From the NCBI GenBank assembly GCA_051294905.1, contig CM119376.1:992001-1056000 (forward strand): 64,000 nt of DNA, read 5' to 3'. The notes under the pieces were generated by a model. The model was not told where the DNA came from. It searched no databases and saw only the letters and a program-made list of their open reading frames with translations. Source of the stretch: Botryllus schlosseri. Lineage: Eukaryota. Both the position numbers and the translations under genes were made by a program. Below are positions 20,123 to 30,420 of this stretch, in pieces (the first letter of the stretch is position 1; each line of letters begins with the position of its first letter).

Positions 20123-21817
20123 TCAAGCTCTATACACCTTTATCTTTTCAAGTATTGTTTCACCACAAATGTTGCATCTTTCGGTATTTGTTGCACATTT
20201 TTCACAACTACATAAATGTCCACAAGGTATGAAAGTAATTTCACTTTTGTTTCTCTTGCAATTTTTGCAAAGCACACTCTCTTGTATTTCTTTCAAACTT
20301 TGCGCGATTTCATCCACCGACATTGTTTCTGCAACTGCTGCTTCTTTCGTTTCTTTGTTGTTGTTCACTTCGTGATTATTTTCAGATATGCTATCGCCTT
20401 GTTGTTGTGTTGTTTTCGTTGGACTGGCGGTAATTGTATTTACTGTCTCCAGTAAGTCCTGAATTATATCACCAGTAGAGAAATGATCATTAGTCTGTCT
20501 ATTTATGGTTCCTTCTATTTGATCTCTCGTAAATCCCATGTCTTCCAGTTGCATCCTGTTTATGTATTGTCTAGATAACCTTGGTCGATTATGGTTCCTT
20601 CGTATCTCCTCTCGTGGTGCATCAAGACATATTGCATTCCTTATCGATGGTCGATTGAGATTGGGATGTTCATCTCTTAGTCGTAAAACGAAATCAATAC
20701 CTTTCATTTGCAAAACATATTCACAACCAGGAAACCACTTTGCATGCTCTGTCCACGGCTCATCATTGTAGTTCCAATTTTGTAATCCTCCGTTGCAGTA
20801 AAAGCATTTCGCCCTGTCCGAATCCCCTAGATAATACATACCCGCTTTAGCCAATTGTTCCGTTGTTGCGAGGATCCTGGGCCATTTTTCATTAAACGAA
20901 GATATTCTTTGCTGTAACGTTGTCATATGCAAATTTATCGGGTAAAGGCAAGGGAATCTTTCCACCAACTGGAGTTGTTCTTCTGGCGATGGATCCGGAG
21001 GTTCTCCCCTATTAGTAGTTAACCTTTCAATTTTTATTTTAAGTTCATTATCTGCCTGATTTCTCTCGGAGTCTGTCAAGGGCATATTTCCTGCATACTC
21101 GTTATTTGCCATTCTGCATTTTGTAAAATGTCTTTTATGTTGTTCAAGGACATTATCAGTGGGTGCCCAATTTCTCAGTACTCCTGAACATGAAAAACAT
21201 TGCGCTCTGTCAAGATTTCCCAGGTAAAAAAATCCCTGTTTTGCCAATTCCCCTACCAAGTATGGAGTAGGATAGGAAGGCCATTTGTCAAAGGTTCTTC
21301 TTCTCTCTAGTTCACTTCTCAAATTTGCTGATCGCAATGAAGTCTCATGTTCTTGGTCACAAATGTTCGCAAACACGGTTTGCGGTAAGGGACACTTTTC
21401 CTCTTTGATAGTCGGTCTTTGCACATTCCGATTAGTTTGCTGACTTCTTGTAGTAAGGTTAAGGTGGCACCTCATTTGTTCAAAAAGGAGCCTCCCTGAG
21501 CAGTTTGAAATAGGCAAGTTATAACCATGTTGTATGGTCACCATGTCACAAGTAGATTTATGCCACTTGTCATCAAAAGGATCGTCTCCAGTGACCCATT
21601 TTTCCACAGATACTCCACAGCAGTAACATCTTACTCTATCTTGAAATCCTGTCCAATAGAAACCCGCAGCGGCTAGATAGCTCGGTATCACAGGAGTTTC
21701 TTTCGAAAAATGTTTGAACGTTGCAAGTCTGTAATGCTCAACCCGGTGATCTCCAGGTGGAATATAAACGCAATTATGTCCAGGAGGATCACGATCTCTT
21801 TTCATCAGAATGCCCAT
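20123..21817 (-). CDS. iap: Intronless inhibitor of apoptosis: 3 BIR + UBA-like + C-terminal RING
   Basis: Three BIRs (R..TF...LA..GFY.G..DR..C..C....W...D....H....C), LEDMGF UBA-like motif, RING CKNC...PCGH...CEKC...CNIC ending KVYRA. Confidence 0.95.
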   Translation of the reverse strand: MGILMKRDRDPPGHNCVYIPPGDHRVEHYRLATFKHFSKETPVIPSYLAAAGFYWTGFQDRVRCYCCGVSVEKWVTGDDPFDDKWHKSTCDMVTIQHGYNLPISNCSGRLLFEQMRCHLNLTTRSQQTNRNVQRPTIKEEKCPLPQTVFANICDQEHETSLRSANLRSELERRRTFDKWPSYPTPYLVGELAKQGFFYLGNLDRAQCFSCSGVLRNWAPTDNVLEQHKRHFTKCRMANNEYAGNMPLTDSERNQADNELKIKIERLTTNRGEPPDPSPEEQLQLVERFPCLYPINLHMTTLQQRISSFNEKWPRILATTEQLAKAGMYYLGDSDRAKCFYCNGGLQNWNYNDEPWTEHAKWFPGCEYVLQMKGIDFVLRLRDEHPNLNRPSIRNAICLDAPREEIRRNHNRPRLSRQYINRMQLEDMGFTRDQIEGTINRQTNDHFSTGDIIQDLLETVNTITASPTKTTQQQGDSISENNHEVNNNKETKEAAVAETMSVDEIAQSLKEIQESVLCKNCKRNKSEITFIPCGHLCSCEKCATNTERCNICGETILEKIKVYRA

Positions 21818-22057
21818 AGTTTCAATTCGGTCATTTCTCGGTGTAATTGCTTTCGATGGAACAGGCGTTCAATAATACAGGTCAAAATGTCAAGATATAA
21901 CCATACCAATACAACATTCTAGTAATAATACATAAACATTCTGTTAAAAAAAAATATCATTATATAAGATTTCTCGAGGTTCCAAATTAGCATTGGTTTG
22001 ATAAATTCCATGGATTGGGTGTAAAGTCATTATTTAATCGTCAATATGTGACAACAG

Positions 22058-22750
22058 TTAATGGAGATGTATGTCCAAAATATAGGAATTTTCCAGATAT
22101 TGATTCATTGACTGGGTTTCCTTATCTACTTTCTTCGAGTATATGTATATATATGCATCCATAACGGAGGTATCAGAACTCAGCAACATATAACCTTTTA
22201 CTCCTAGGTTGGTTTGGCTGTACCAAGTCCATTTGCAATTCGCATCTGTAACATAAGCCAGACTATTTGCACATACTAACAATCTTGTATGGCCCATTAC
22301 TACTCCTCGTATCACTTCATATATTACTCGTCTCATACATTGGGGAGGTATTCTTCGGAAAACTCCCATCAAGGTTTCCGTAATTATAGTCCATGTATCG
22401 TCATCGGGTCGTATCGTCTGTTTACTCCATACTATGAGTCGTTGTCTTGAGGAATCTTTCACAATGGCAGAATCTTGGGAGTCGTCAGAGTCCGTATTAC
22501 TAGAAATTTCGTCCTCCGACGTTTCTCCATGGGGTTTTCTGTCGCCACATGGAAGTTGTCTTTTGTACCAATTATGTTCTTGTTCAAAAAATTTTTTTAA
22601 CATATCCATCAGCAACTTCAGACATCCAGTATTTTTTCGCACGTCGATTTTATCTAGTTGATTCATCAATTCACAAAAAATAGCAGTGTTATGATCCTGT
22701 ACTTCAGATAGATACATTTTATCCCTGTGAATATAACAATAATGTGCCAT
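22058..22750 (-). CDS. Unknown protein, family B (230 aa)
   Basis: RRVIYEVIRGVVM and W..Q.NLGVKGY shared with 25742-26365. Confidence 0.78.
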   Translation of the reverse strand: MAHYCYIHRDKMYLSEVQDHNTAIFCELMNQLDKIDVRKNTGCLKLLMDMLKKFFEQEHNWYKRQLPCGDRKPHGETSEDEISSNTDSDDSQDSAIVKDSSRQRLIVWSKQTIRPDDDTWTIITETLMGVFRRIPPQCMRRVIYEVIRGVVMGHTRLLVCANSLAYVTDANCKWTWYSQTNLGVKGYMLLSSDTSVMDAYIYIYSKKVDKETQSMNQYLENSYILDIHLH

Positions 22751-22970
22751 AACAATAAAAGATCCTGATTCAAGATTTCAATGCATCAAATCTCGATATT
22801 GGATATCATACAACATACATGTAATACATTCACTCACTATGATACAACAATAATAGAAACATTTCATAGGTTTTCTAAACATGTAGATTATCATACATGC
22901 CTCTATTGCTTCCCTAAAGATTCAAATCACTCATCTCTGATGATATTGCACATAGTGACCAACATTGTTT

Positions 22971-23918
22971 TCAATGTTCCAATGTCCTAAAGTTAGGATC
23001 AAGAGCAATTATCTCTAAAAATAGTTGAAACCTTTCCTCCAAGGCCACCCTTCTTTTCCAGAGCCACTCCTGTAAGTAATGAGGAATAAGTGATCTTGAT
23101 ACCCCATTCAGCCTTCTAATAGCAGCTTTAAAAAAATTCCAAGACACCTCGATCAATTGTGTATTTATGCCTTCTGTGGTGACAAATTCGCGATCATGAT
23201 TAACTATTGAATGTTTATAATTCATTCCCAGGCTTTCCAACTTGCGGTAACTGGCAAATGAATCAGTCCATATAGTGGATCCCTCTTTTACGTGTTTCAT
23301 AATTATTTCTGATAATACAGAGGTTTTTCTCCCTTCTTCAGGTACCAATTCTGCAAACATTTCTCGCGTTTTCATATCTATTCCAGCCAAAACCCAGCGT
23401 TGGCGTATTATTCTTCCACGATTAAATTTTCTTTTGGCCACAAACGTCTCATCAATTTGAATTACATGTGATTTACCTTGTGATATTCCCCCTATTAGTG
23501 TACCTCTTCTTTCCATCTCCCCAGAGCATATCTTACGAAGTTTCTTGGTCCAATTCACCATTGTTCTCTTGCTGACGTGTGCTTCAAAAGCTATTTGTCG
23601 TTGAGATACATCTATGGTCCAAAGATAAATCATCATTACAAGTTGGGTGAGTCTTATTTTACTTCCCTCAAATAGCGATCTTTTCCTTATGGACGTGGTA
23701 GTTCGGCACTTTGAAACCGGACACCTCCATCTATATCCATCCATAGTTCTTTTGCATTTTTCTTCATTCATCTGTTGTCCACAATTAAAACATGTTGCCT
23801 TTTGAACAAGGAGTTGCCGTGATCGCAGAAACTTTATACATTTTCGTTCACTTGATATTATACCACATCGAGCAAGATTGAATAGATTTTTTCTTTTTCT
23901 GGATTCTTTAGTCTTCAT
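22971..23918 (-). CDS. IS1595/ISXO2/Merlin-family DDE transposase, copy 2 (315 aa)
   Basis: Zn ribbon CFNC..WRCPVSKC, HTH region, IQIDET, WTDSFASY, NH, TQLIEVSW, YLQEWLWKR; catalytic D, D, E present. Confidence 0.92.
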   Translation of the reverse strand: MKTKESRKRKNLFNLARCGIISSERKCIKFLRSRQLLVQKATCFNCGQQMNEEKCKRTMDGYRWRCPVSKCRTTTSIRKRSLFEGSKIRLTQLVMMIYLWTIDVSQRQIAFEAHVSKRTMVNWTKKLRKICSGEMERRGTLIGGISQGKSHVIQIDETFVAKRKFNRGRIIRQRWVLAGIDMKTREMFAELVPEEGRKTSVLSEIIMKHVKEGSTIWTDSFASYRKLESLGMNYKHSIVNHDREFVTTEGINTQLIEVSWNFFKAAIRRLNGVSRSLIPHYLQEWLWKRRVALEERFQLFLEIIALDPNFRTLEH

Positions 23919-23986
23919 ATTTATTTAAAACTTTATTGTCTTTTCAAAAGTAGTTTCTGTATATACAAACATTGGAAAGTTAAATT

Positions 23987-24541
23987 TCATGCAGGCACTT
24001 TCAAAGTCATAAATTGACAATCGGCTTCTTTTAATGAAATTCCCTGCGTCTTTGCCCATGCGTATATCTGAACTTCCGGAAAGATTATCCACATTATGAA
24101 ATCTCTTTCAGAATCTCCCTTTTTTAGAAATTCCCTCATTTCCGGATTTACTTTTTTTAAAATTGTTACCCAATTTATGCAGATTTCTGCAAAAGCCATC
24201 TGTATAGGTTTTTCAGGGTAAATGCTTCCTGTATAAGTTTCTTCCCACTCATTTTCAACCAGATGTTTCCCAGGCCAATGATTATTACCCGTAGTAAAAC
24301 CATACTTTTGCTTCCAATATTGCAGCCGTGGATTTAATTCGTCGTACATTATGTCACATAAGTGATCCGTTAATGTATATGTTGTCAACAGAAACTTCAG
24401 CGACTTTAATCCTTTATCTATTAGTGTTTCTTTTTGGGGTATCCATATCAAATGTTGTTTTTCCGGATCATCACAACGCAATCCCAAGCACATTTTGATA
24501 CTTTTAGTAATATTTTTACCGTATTCTAATATATTAAACAT
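23987..24541 (-). CDS. Unknown protein, family C (184 aa)
   Basis: NPRLQYWKQ and ERDFIMWIIFPE shared with 27744-28616. Confidence 0.75.
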   Translation of the reverse strand: MFNILEYGKNITKSIKMCLGLRCDDPEKQHLIWIPQKETLIDKGLKSLKFLLTTYTLTDHLCDIMYDELNPRLQYWKQKYGFTTGNNHWPGKHLVENEWEETYTGSIYPEKPIQMAFAEICINWVTILKKVNPEMREFLKKGDSERDFIMWIIFPEVQIYAWAKTQGISLKEADCQFMTLKVPA

Positions 24542-24605
24542 CTTATTATTAATTGAACAGGAAAATACTGAATCAATACCTCAAGATTCCACATTTTCTT
24601 TATAT

Positions 24606-25655
24606 TTACATTAGTTCAATAGTGACTAGCCACACAATAACGGCAAATGTACCTTTTGAATGTATAGTTACATAATGGGATAAACTTTTCATCTCATCAT
24701 AATATAATCTCGATTGTTTGCGCACATGGGGTTTTTTGGTAAACGTTCCATTATTATTTCTTTTCAATTTTAAAACTTCCAGCCTCGGTAATTTTTTTAG
24801 TAGATCATCACTAAGAAATTGGACGTGATTATAACTAAGATCAATAGTATGCAGATATTTGAACGATATATTGGAAGAAAGAGAGAAAAACTTCAAGTTG
24901 TTACTATACAATGTTAATCTCTCTAAATTACATAGTGATTTAAGCACTGTCATTTCAAATGCAATTAGTCCATTTTCGTCCATGTGTAATGTTTCTAATT
25001 TTCTCAATCCTCTGAAGGCCCCATCTTCTATAACTTTTATGGCGTTCCTTGATAAATCCAGTATCCTGAGACGGCGCAAGTGAACAAATGTTCCATTCTT
25101 CAATCTTTTTATCTCATTATTGTCCAGATATAGCTTTTGCAGGTTCTCCAGACTGGCAAATATCGATTCTTCTATCTCTGCCAGCAAATTACTGCTTAAG
25201 TACAAACTTTCTAGTTGATGTAATCCTGAAAAACTTTCCTTTTCAATTCGTGTGATGTAGTTTCGCCTCAAGTTTATCTCCCTGAGTTTTTCATTTTTGC
25301 AGAAGGCTCCTCTTGATATTGTTTGGATTTTATTCCAACCACAATACAACACCTCTACGTCTTTATATTTTTCCAATTGTTCTTTGGTTATTTCCCGTAG
25401 ACAGCTGTCGTTGATGAATATCTTTACTGTGTTCCGACAAGATTTTGCCAGGTATATCTTGTCAGGATCCGGAATCCTTGTATAACTCGAATGGTCGCAC
25501 CAAAGTACCAAATTGCTTCCTTGCATGCATTCCGGGTATAACATGGTTCGTCTTTCATTAATCGTACATTTCTTTTGTTCTATTGTTTCCGGATAAATAG
25601 CATAACACATGCCCAGCCATAATACTAGTAGTTCCACTCGATTCATTTTACTCAT
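24606..25655 (-). CDS. Secreted or anchored leucine-rich-repeat protein (349 aa)
   Basis: Signal peptide, Cys-capped N-terminus, 9-10 24-aa LxxLxLxxNxIxxIxxxxF repeats, hydrophobic C-terminus; intronless. Confidence 0.9.
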   Translation of the reverse strand: MSKMNRVELLVLWLGMCYAIYPETIEQKKCTINERRTMLYPECMQGSNLVLWCDHSSYTRIPDPDKIYLAKSCRNTVKIFINDSCLREITKEQLEKYKDVEVLYCGWNKIQTISRGAFCKNEKLREINLRRNYITRIEKESFSGLHQLESLYLSSNLLAEIEESIFASLENLQKLYLDNNEIKRLKNGTFVHLRRLRILDLSRNAIKVIEDGAFRGLRKLETLHMDENGLIAFEMTVLKSLCNLERLTLYSNNLKFFSLSSNISFKYLHTIDLSYNHVQFLSDDLLKKLPRLEVLKLKRNNNGTFTKKPHVRKQSRLYYDEMKSLSHYVTIHSKGTFAVIVWLVTIELM

Positions 25656-25741
25656 GAATTAGATAACCCACTTTGTTACTCTATACCTTCGAAAAAGTGT
25701 CCTTTGTAAGTCAAAATCTTATTTACATTCGTTGTCATTAC

Positions 25742-26365
25742 TCATGATTGTTCCGGTATTATAGAGTCAATGTTCACACTTTCCCCTTCGTAGGGGTAAG
25801 GATGTATTTCTATACGTCTTATCCTTTTTGTTCGCCAATGTATTGAACTTGAATAGCCTTTTATGCCCAAATTATTCTGACAATTCCATTGTTCCATATG
25901 TGGCGGATCTTTACAAATTTCTCTCTCCTGGTACACGTCCTTTGTTATATTAGTGTTTGTAAGTTTCATCACCAGTCCTCTAATTAATTCATACAACATG
26001 ACTCTTCTTCCCAAAGAGGTGTATTCCTTTGCTCTTATTTCAAATATCTCTTCTACCACATGATTGAATTTATTAAAATTTTCTTCGGTTATTTCCTCAT
26101 CTAGTGCTGCCTCTTCTAGGCCATTGTCTGTTTGTTTAACCCAATCAACTCGGTCCGTAAGCAATTCCCATATTCTTTCCTTTAACTGGTATCTCTCATA
26201 CTCGCTGTCATATTCTTTAAGATTCAATAGGTCCAACTCGTCATATACATCGTACAAAAGACACCAATTTGATGGATCGTAACCTTCAATATAATCAAAA
26301 TCTAACATTCTTTTTTCAAACAAAATAGCAATTTCGCACAATTTACCATTTTCAGGATATAACAA
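25742..26365 (-). CDS. Unknown protein, family B (207 aa)
   Basis: RRVMLYELIRGLVM and W..Q.NLGIKGY shared with 22058-22750. Start uncertain. Confidence 0.78.
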   Translation of the reverse strand: MLYPENGKLCEIAILFEKRMLDFDYIEGYDPSNWCLLYDVYDELDLLNLKEYDSEYERYQLKERIWELLTDRVDWVKQTDNGLEEAALDEEITEENFNKFNHVVEEIFEIRAKEYTSLGRRVMLYELIRGLVMKLTNTNITKDVYQEREICKDPPHMEQWNCQNNLGIKGYSSSIHWRTKRIRRIEIHPYPYEGESVNIDSIIPEQS

Positions 26366-27743
26366 TTCTCAAGACTTATATAATTACTTTTACTTTTCAC
26401 TCATAACTTATCAAGTATACTCCATTTATCAATTCATTAATCACCCAATACTTATTAGGCAATAAATCTCTCCCCCCCACAAGGGCAATATAATCATTTT
26501 GTAATTTTTTATTTTCTGGTTTTTATTTATATAATTTTTTTCTCATTAAGATTTTATCTCGTATATAGTTTTTATCATTCGGTTTTGGTAATAATTTTAT
26601 CAATTTTTATGATCTATAAACATAATTAGACATTTTATTTTTTTGAAGATTTTTTTAGTGGGGAAAGTTACACAACATGTCAATTGAAACATTATTAAAA
26701 AGTAATATTACTCATCATCCCTGCCTTCCCTTCCATGAAAAATATTTAGACACAAGTATCTCTGAATGACAAACTACTCAATTCAAGGGTTATTTATACA
26801 GAGTTGTTGATAACAAGTTATTACACAACTGTGTCTCATAGAGACCATCAGAGGAAGGGTGCCATGAGACAGAGATGTGAGTAATTTTCAAAATGTTATT
26901 TTACAAAACTATTACATAATCAAATATTGGATAAAATACTAGAGGTTGAGTCCATTATTACGCATGTTATGTACAGTGCAATAAAGAATTTTCATAATCT
27001 TAAAAATATTATAATAATCAGCAATAACTTAAATAGCAGCAAATTGGTATGAGGCTCATACAAGGAGATTTGGCAGAGCGACAATTTTGGGTGAAACGGA
27101 AAAAATTACGCTCACGTCAGTATTTAAAAAATATAATTCGATTAGCATAACATTTAAGTATAAGCACGAGGCGATTTGTGATAGTATAGGTGGTCTGGGG
27201 CCATTACAGACTAAATTTCAACACGAAAATTGCAGCCAAAAATACATACATAACATTTAATATTATGGGAGACAAACACCGTACAATTCTTCATAATTTA
27301 CAATAACAAGTTCCTCTCGAATTTAAAAAATTTTTGCAATAAAGGTAGGTCGATCTTGCATTCAAGTACTCAAGTTCTCATAGTCCCCGGGATGTCATTC
27401 TAGGGGAGGTGATAGCGGGAACAATCCCAGCGATTGATCAATGTATCGGAATCTTTTAATAAAAAGGGAAACTGTATTAATAACTCTGAGTAAATATATA
27501 TCGTAAAATACAGGTATATAGTTTCCACTTTTGCTAATCTCAAGTTTCGCTATACCCGGCTTCTATACTTTTTCCGTTAAGTTTGACCTTTGGTAGTGGT
27601 GCCGAATTGATAAGTTGTCCTAAACCACCACCGGTCAGCCCTAAATAATTTAGTTATCATGGCTTGTCTAATAGGCTAGCCCTAAAAGTCCAGATCAATC
27701 AAGACAACTTCTAGATCAGACTAATAGTAGCTTTATTTTCAAA

Positions 27744-28616
27744 TCAGCCCATATTACCACCAGAGACAGCATGGGGTCCGTCTACACTGGGTCTCCGTAA
27801 AACTATCATTTGGGTCGGAGCCTCTAGTTTGTTTGGAAACCTACTGTCTCTACTGGTTGAAGACTCAGTATCAAACAACGATGTAGTTTCCGAATTGGTA
27901 TTTTTAGCTAATTGTTTGTCTCCCTCTTTTTTTAACGAGTTTTCAAAGATTGATTCCGACACTTGGTCAACCGGTAGAACAAAAACGCCTCCCACATAAC
28001 CAAACGTGCTCGTGGACCCGTATGTAAATCTCCATTGTTCTAGATTTCCCCCAAATAGGAATTCAAATTCTGCGTCCATCCGACATCTCGTAAAACAAAA
28101 TGTTCGCATGTTTTTTGCCCCCCGATATTGTTGCAACAGGAGAGCTATGGCGGTTATTATCGCTTCTGGATATAACACATAAAGCAATATATGTCCTTGA
28201 TCTCTTTCGGTGTTTTGAGCTAGTCCTCTGTGCATGCTACAAGCCTCTTTCAAATAGTTATGGCATAATGTCATAAGTTCCAAAATCTGTCCAGTATTCT
28301 TGAAATACGGTTTTACGTGCCTCATAAGATAACATTGTTTACATTCACCGACCCCTACCGGGTGAAAAGGCTTTCCTATTTTTATCCAGTCCTCTTTGGT
28401 GTACATACATTGTTGCCAATATTGTACCCTTGGATTGTCCCGCTCACAAGTGCCGAACAAGAGGCTCATCAAACGATCCCGAACCGGCGCAGTTTTTATG
28501 GTTTCCATTACCATCTGCTGCCTTTGCGTAAGATCGAACTGCATTGCCCACTCGTAGACAACCTTGTGATCCGTATTAGGGTCGCACAATAGCCCGTAGC
28601 ACATTTCTTTCTTCAA
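27744..28616 (-). CDS. Unknown protein, family C (290 aa)
   Basis: NPRVQYWQQ and ERDQGHILLYVLYPE shared with 23987-24541; Ser/Thr-rich tail. Confidence 0.78.
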   Translation of the reverse strand: MKKEMCYGLLCDPNTDHKVVYEWAMQFDLTQRQQMVMETIKTAPVRDRLMSLLFGTCERDNPRVQYWQQCMYTKEDWIKIGKPFHPVGVGECKQCYLMRHVKPYFKNTGQILELMTLCHNYLKEACSMHRGLAQNTERDQGHILLYVLYPEAIITAIALLLQQYRGAKNMRTFCFTRCRMDAEFEFLFGGNLEQWRFTYGSTSTFGYVGGVFVLPVDQVSESIFENSLKKEGDKQLAKNTNSETTSLFDTESSTSRDSRFPNKLEAPTQMIVLRRPSVDGPHAVSGGNMG

Positions 28617-28789
28617 TTAGTTCACTATTTATAACTCTAGAATACAGAATGTTTCCTCCTTTATTCATACAACCCTCAGTAAATTGGTTCATATTGTAAA
28701 TCAATATGAAACAGAGAAAATACATTGGTTAAATTTTTAATCATACAACCTTACCAGTCATGTGAGTCAAACAATATGCTAGAATTTAT

Positions 28790-29302
28790 CTAACCATCAT
28801 CATGATATGATGTTGTAGGTTGAATTTGAGCGGTAGGTGGCTGTTGCCGAAACATGATACTGCCAAAAGATGTATACGTCCCATCTGACATCACATTGCT
28901 ATTATGCGGCAAGTCGTGGCTCGTTGAAGGTGGCGTCAGTAAGGGCGTCAAGAAAGGACTACTTGTTGATGTTGAGGAGCTGGTCTCTATTCTTCTATTC
29001 TGTTTGTTTGGGGCAGATTTTCTTTGTGAATATGGTTTTACTTTTGCTACCTCTCGATTTTTGACGTGTTTTCTACGATAGTCATTTCGCCATGGCCACT
29101 CTTTAACTTTTTCATTGTTTGCTCCCATCCCTTCGAAGAAGGACTCCGCATAATGTCTAGTTTGATTCTTAATGTCCTCGAAAAAATCATTCCATCTTTG
29201 TAATCTCTCTGTTTTTTTCACGCCTCGAAGTTCCTCATACCATAGTTCGATATTTTCAATAGATAGCTCCCATAATTGTTCTTTAGTTATTGAGGCAGAC
29301 AT
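28790..29302 (-). CDS. Unknown protein (170 aa), helical N-half, basic and Ser/Pro-rich C-half
   Basis: ATG-started ORF co-oriented with the array; no recognised domain. Confidence 0.65.
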   Translation of the reverse strand: MSASITKEQLWELSIENIELWYEELRGVKKTERLQRWNDFFEDIKNQTRHYAESFFEGMGANNEKVKEWPWRNDYRRKHVKNREVAKVKPYSQRKSAPNKQNRRIETSSSTSTSSPFLTPLLTPPSTSHDLPHNSNVMSDGTYTSFGSIMFRQQPPTAQIQPTTSYHDDG

Positions 29303-29819
29303 TCTTTAATTTACGACACCGTGTTATTTTTACACCTTAAAAATAATAGTGTTTCTTTAAGCCGAGATTATTGTAAGATATCGTTAATGATATATATAAA
29401 CATTGAATCGTGCTAACTCTTTATTAATCTTGTTTGGGGTTAATTATTCCTTTACCGGGTGAAGAAAAGTGTTATCTTTGGCCACTTGTCAGCCTAACAA
29501 TTCTTGATTTTCTTAACTCAGGGCCAGTCCGAAATTGCCAATATCAAGAATAGATTGCACTGATTGTGAACTTGCAAAGTCAAGCAAAAATTATATTTGT
29601 TTGGAGGTGATGACTAAAATATCTATTCCGACGTATTGGCAAATCCATCAGCCAGTCACATAATGGTAAATTTTTATACACTACCATAAAGCAGAATAAT
29701 TTGCACCAGCTTCATCAAAAACAAAATTTTCACAAGCTAAACACAATATTTTGCCACACGTTTCCTTGTTTTTAATACTGCTGCCCATTTTATGACCATG
29801 GAAAAACGGCCAATTTATT

Positions 29820-30155
29820 CAGACTGAGCCTAACTATACTCGCGATTTCGGAACAAGATGTCGTTGAACATGTGTGACCTTGCGTTTGCGTTTGCGGTAA
29901 TATCTCTGACTATGAAACCTAGGTACGGAAAGATTGACGCATGTTGGCTTTTGTTATTAATATGGCCATGCGCCACATAGCCTGATCCGCGTAAACTCAG
30001 AATAGCGATATACGGTAAGCTCGCAACAATGCCAAGTTATAATATCATTGGTCTATGAACTTCAAAAGCTTTTCGCGCTTCGCGCGGTAGTGGCATGCAC
30101 AGTATTTCGTCAATCGAATGTGACCTTCGGGCTGGAAAAGATTGGCCAGCCTTGA
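29820..30155 (-). mobile_element. Diverged fragment of the host hAT MITE family (cf. 5772-6110) inside the element
   Basis: Reverse-complement similarity to 5772-6110, e.g. CGCGCTTCGCGCGG, TTCGTCAATCGAATGTG, TTGGCCAGCC, ATGAAACCTAGG. Confidence 0.8.
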
Positions 30156-30420
30156 CTAATTCAAACTTTTATTTTGTATCACATACCATCCTAATTGTTC
30201 TCTCTCTCTTAAAATCTGCTAAATAACCTGTCATTATTCCATGGTTACACAAGAATTCTCTTTTTCAAACGACAACACAGTCGTCCACAGTATTTAATTG
30301 TTTCACTATGAGACACAGAAAACATAACATATCTTGTAACAGTCGCAACATAATTAATGTACATTCACGATTTTGCTGATCACATTAATTTGTACATTTT
30401 GATCACACAGTTTTCCAATT

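Noticed and set aside
22750-23987. Transposase 2 as an independent nested Merlin insertion
   Set aside because: No GG/CC termini or TSD in the short gaps, and neighbouring genes are undisturbed.
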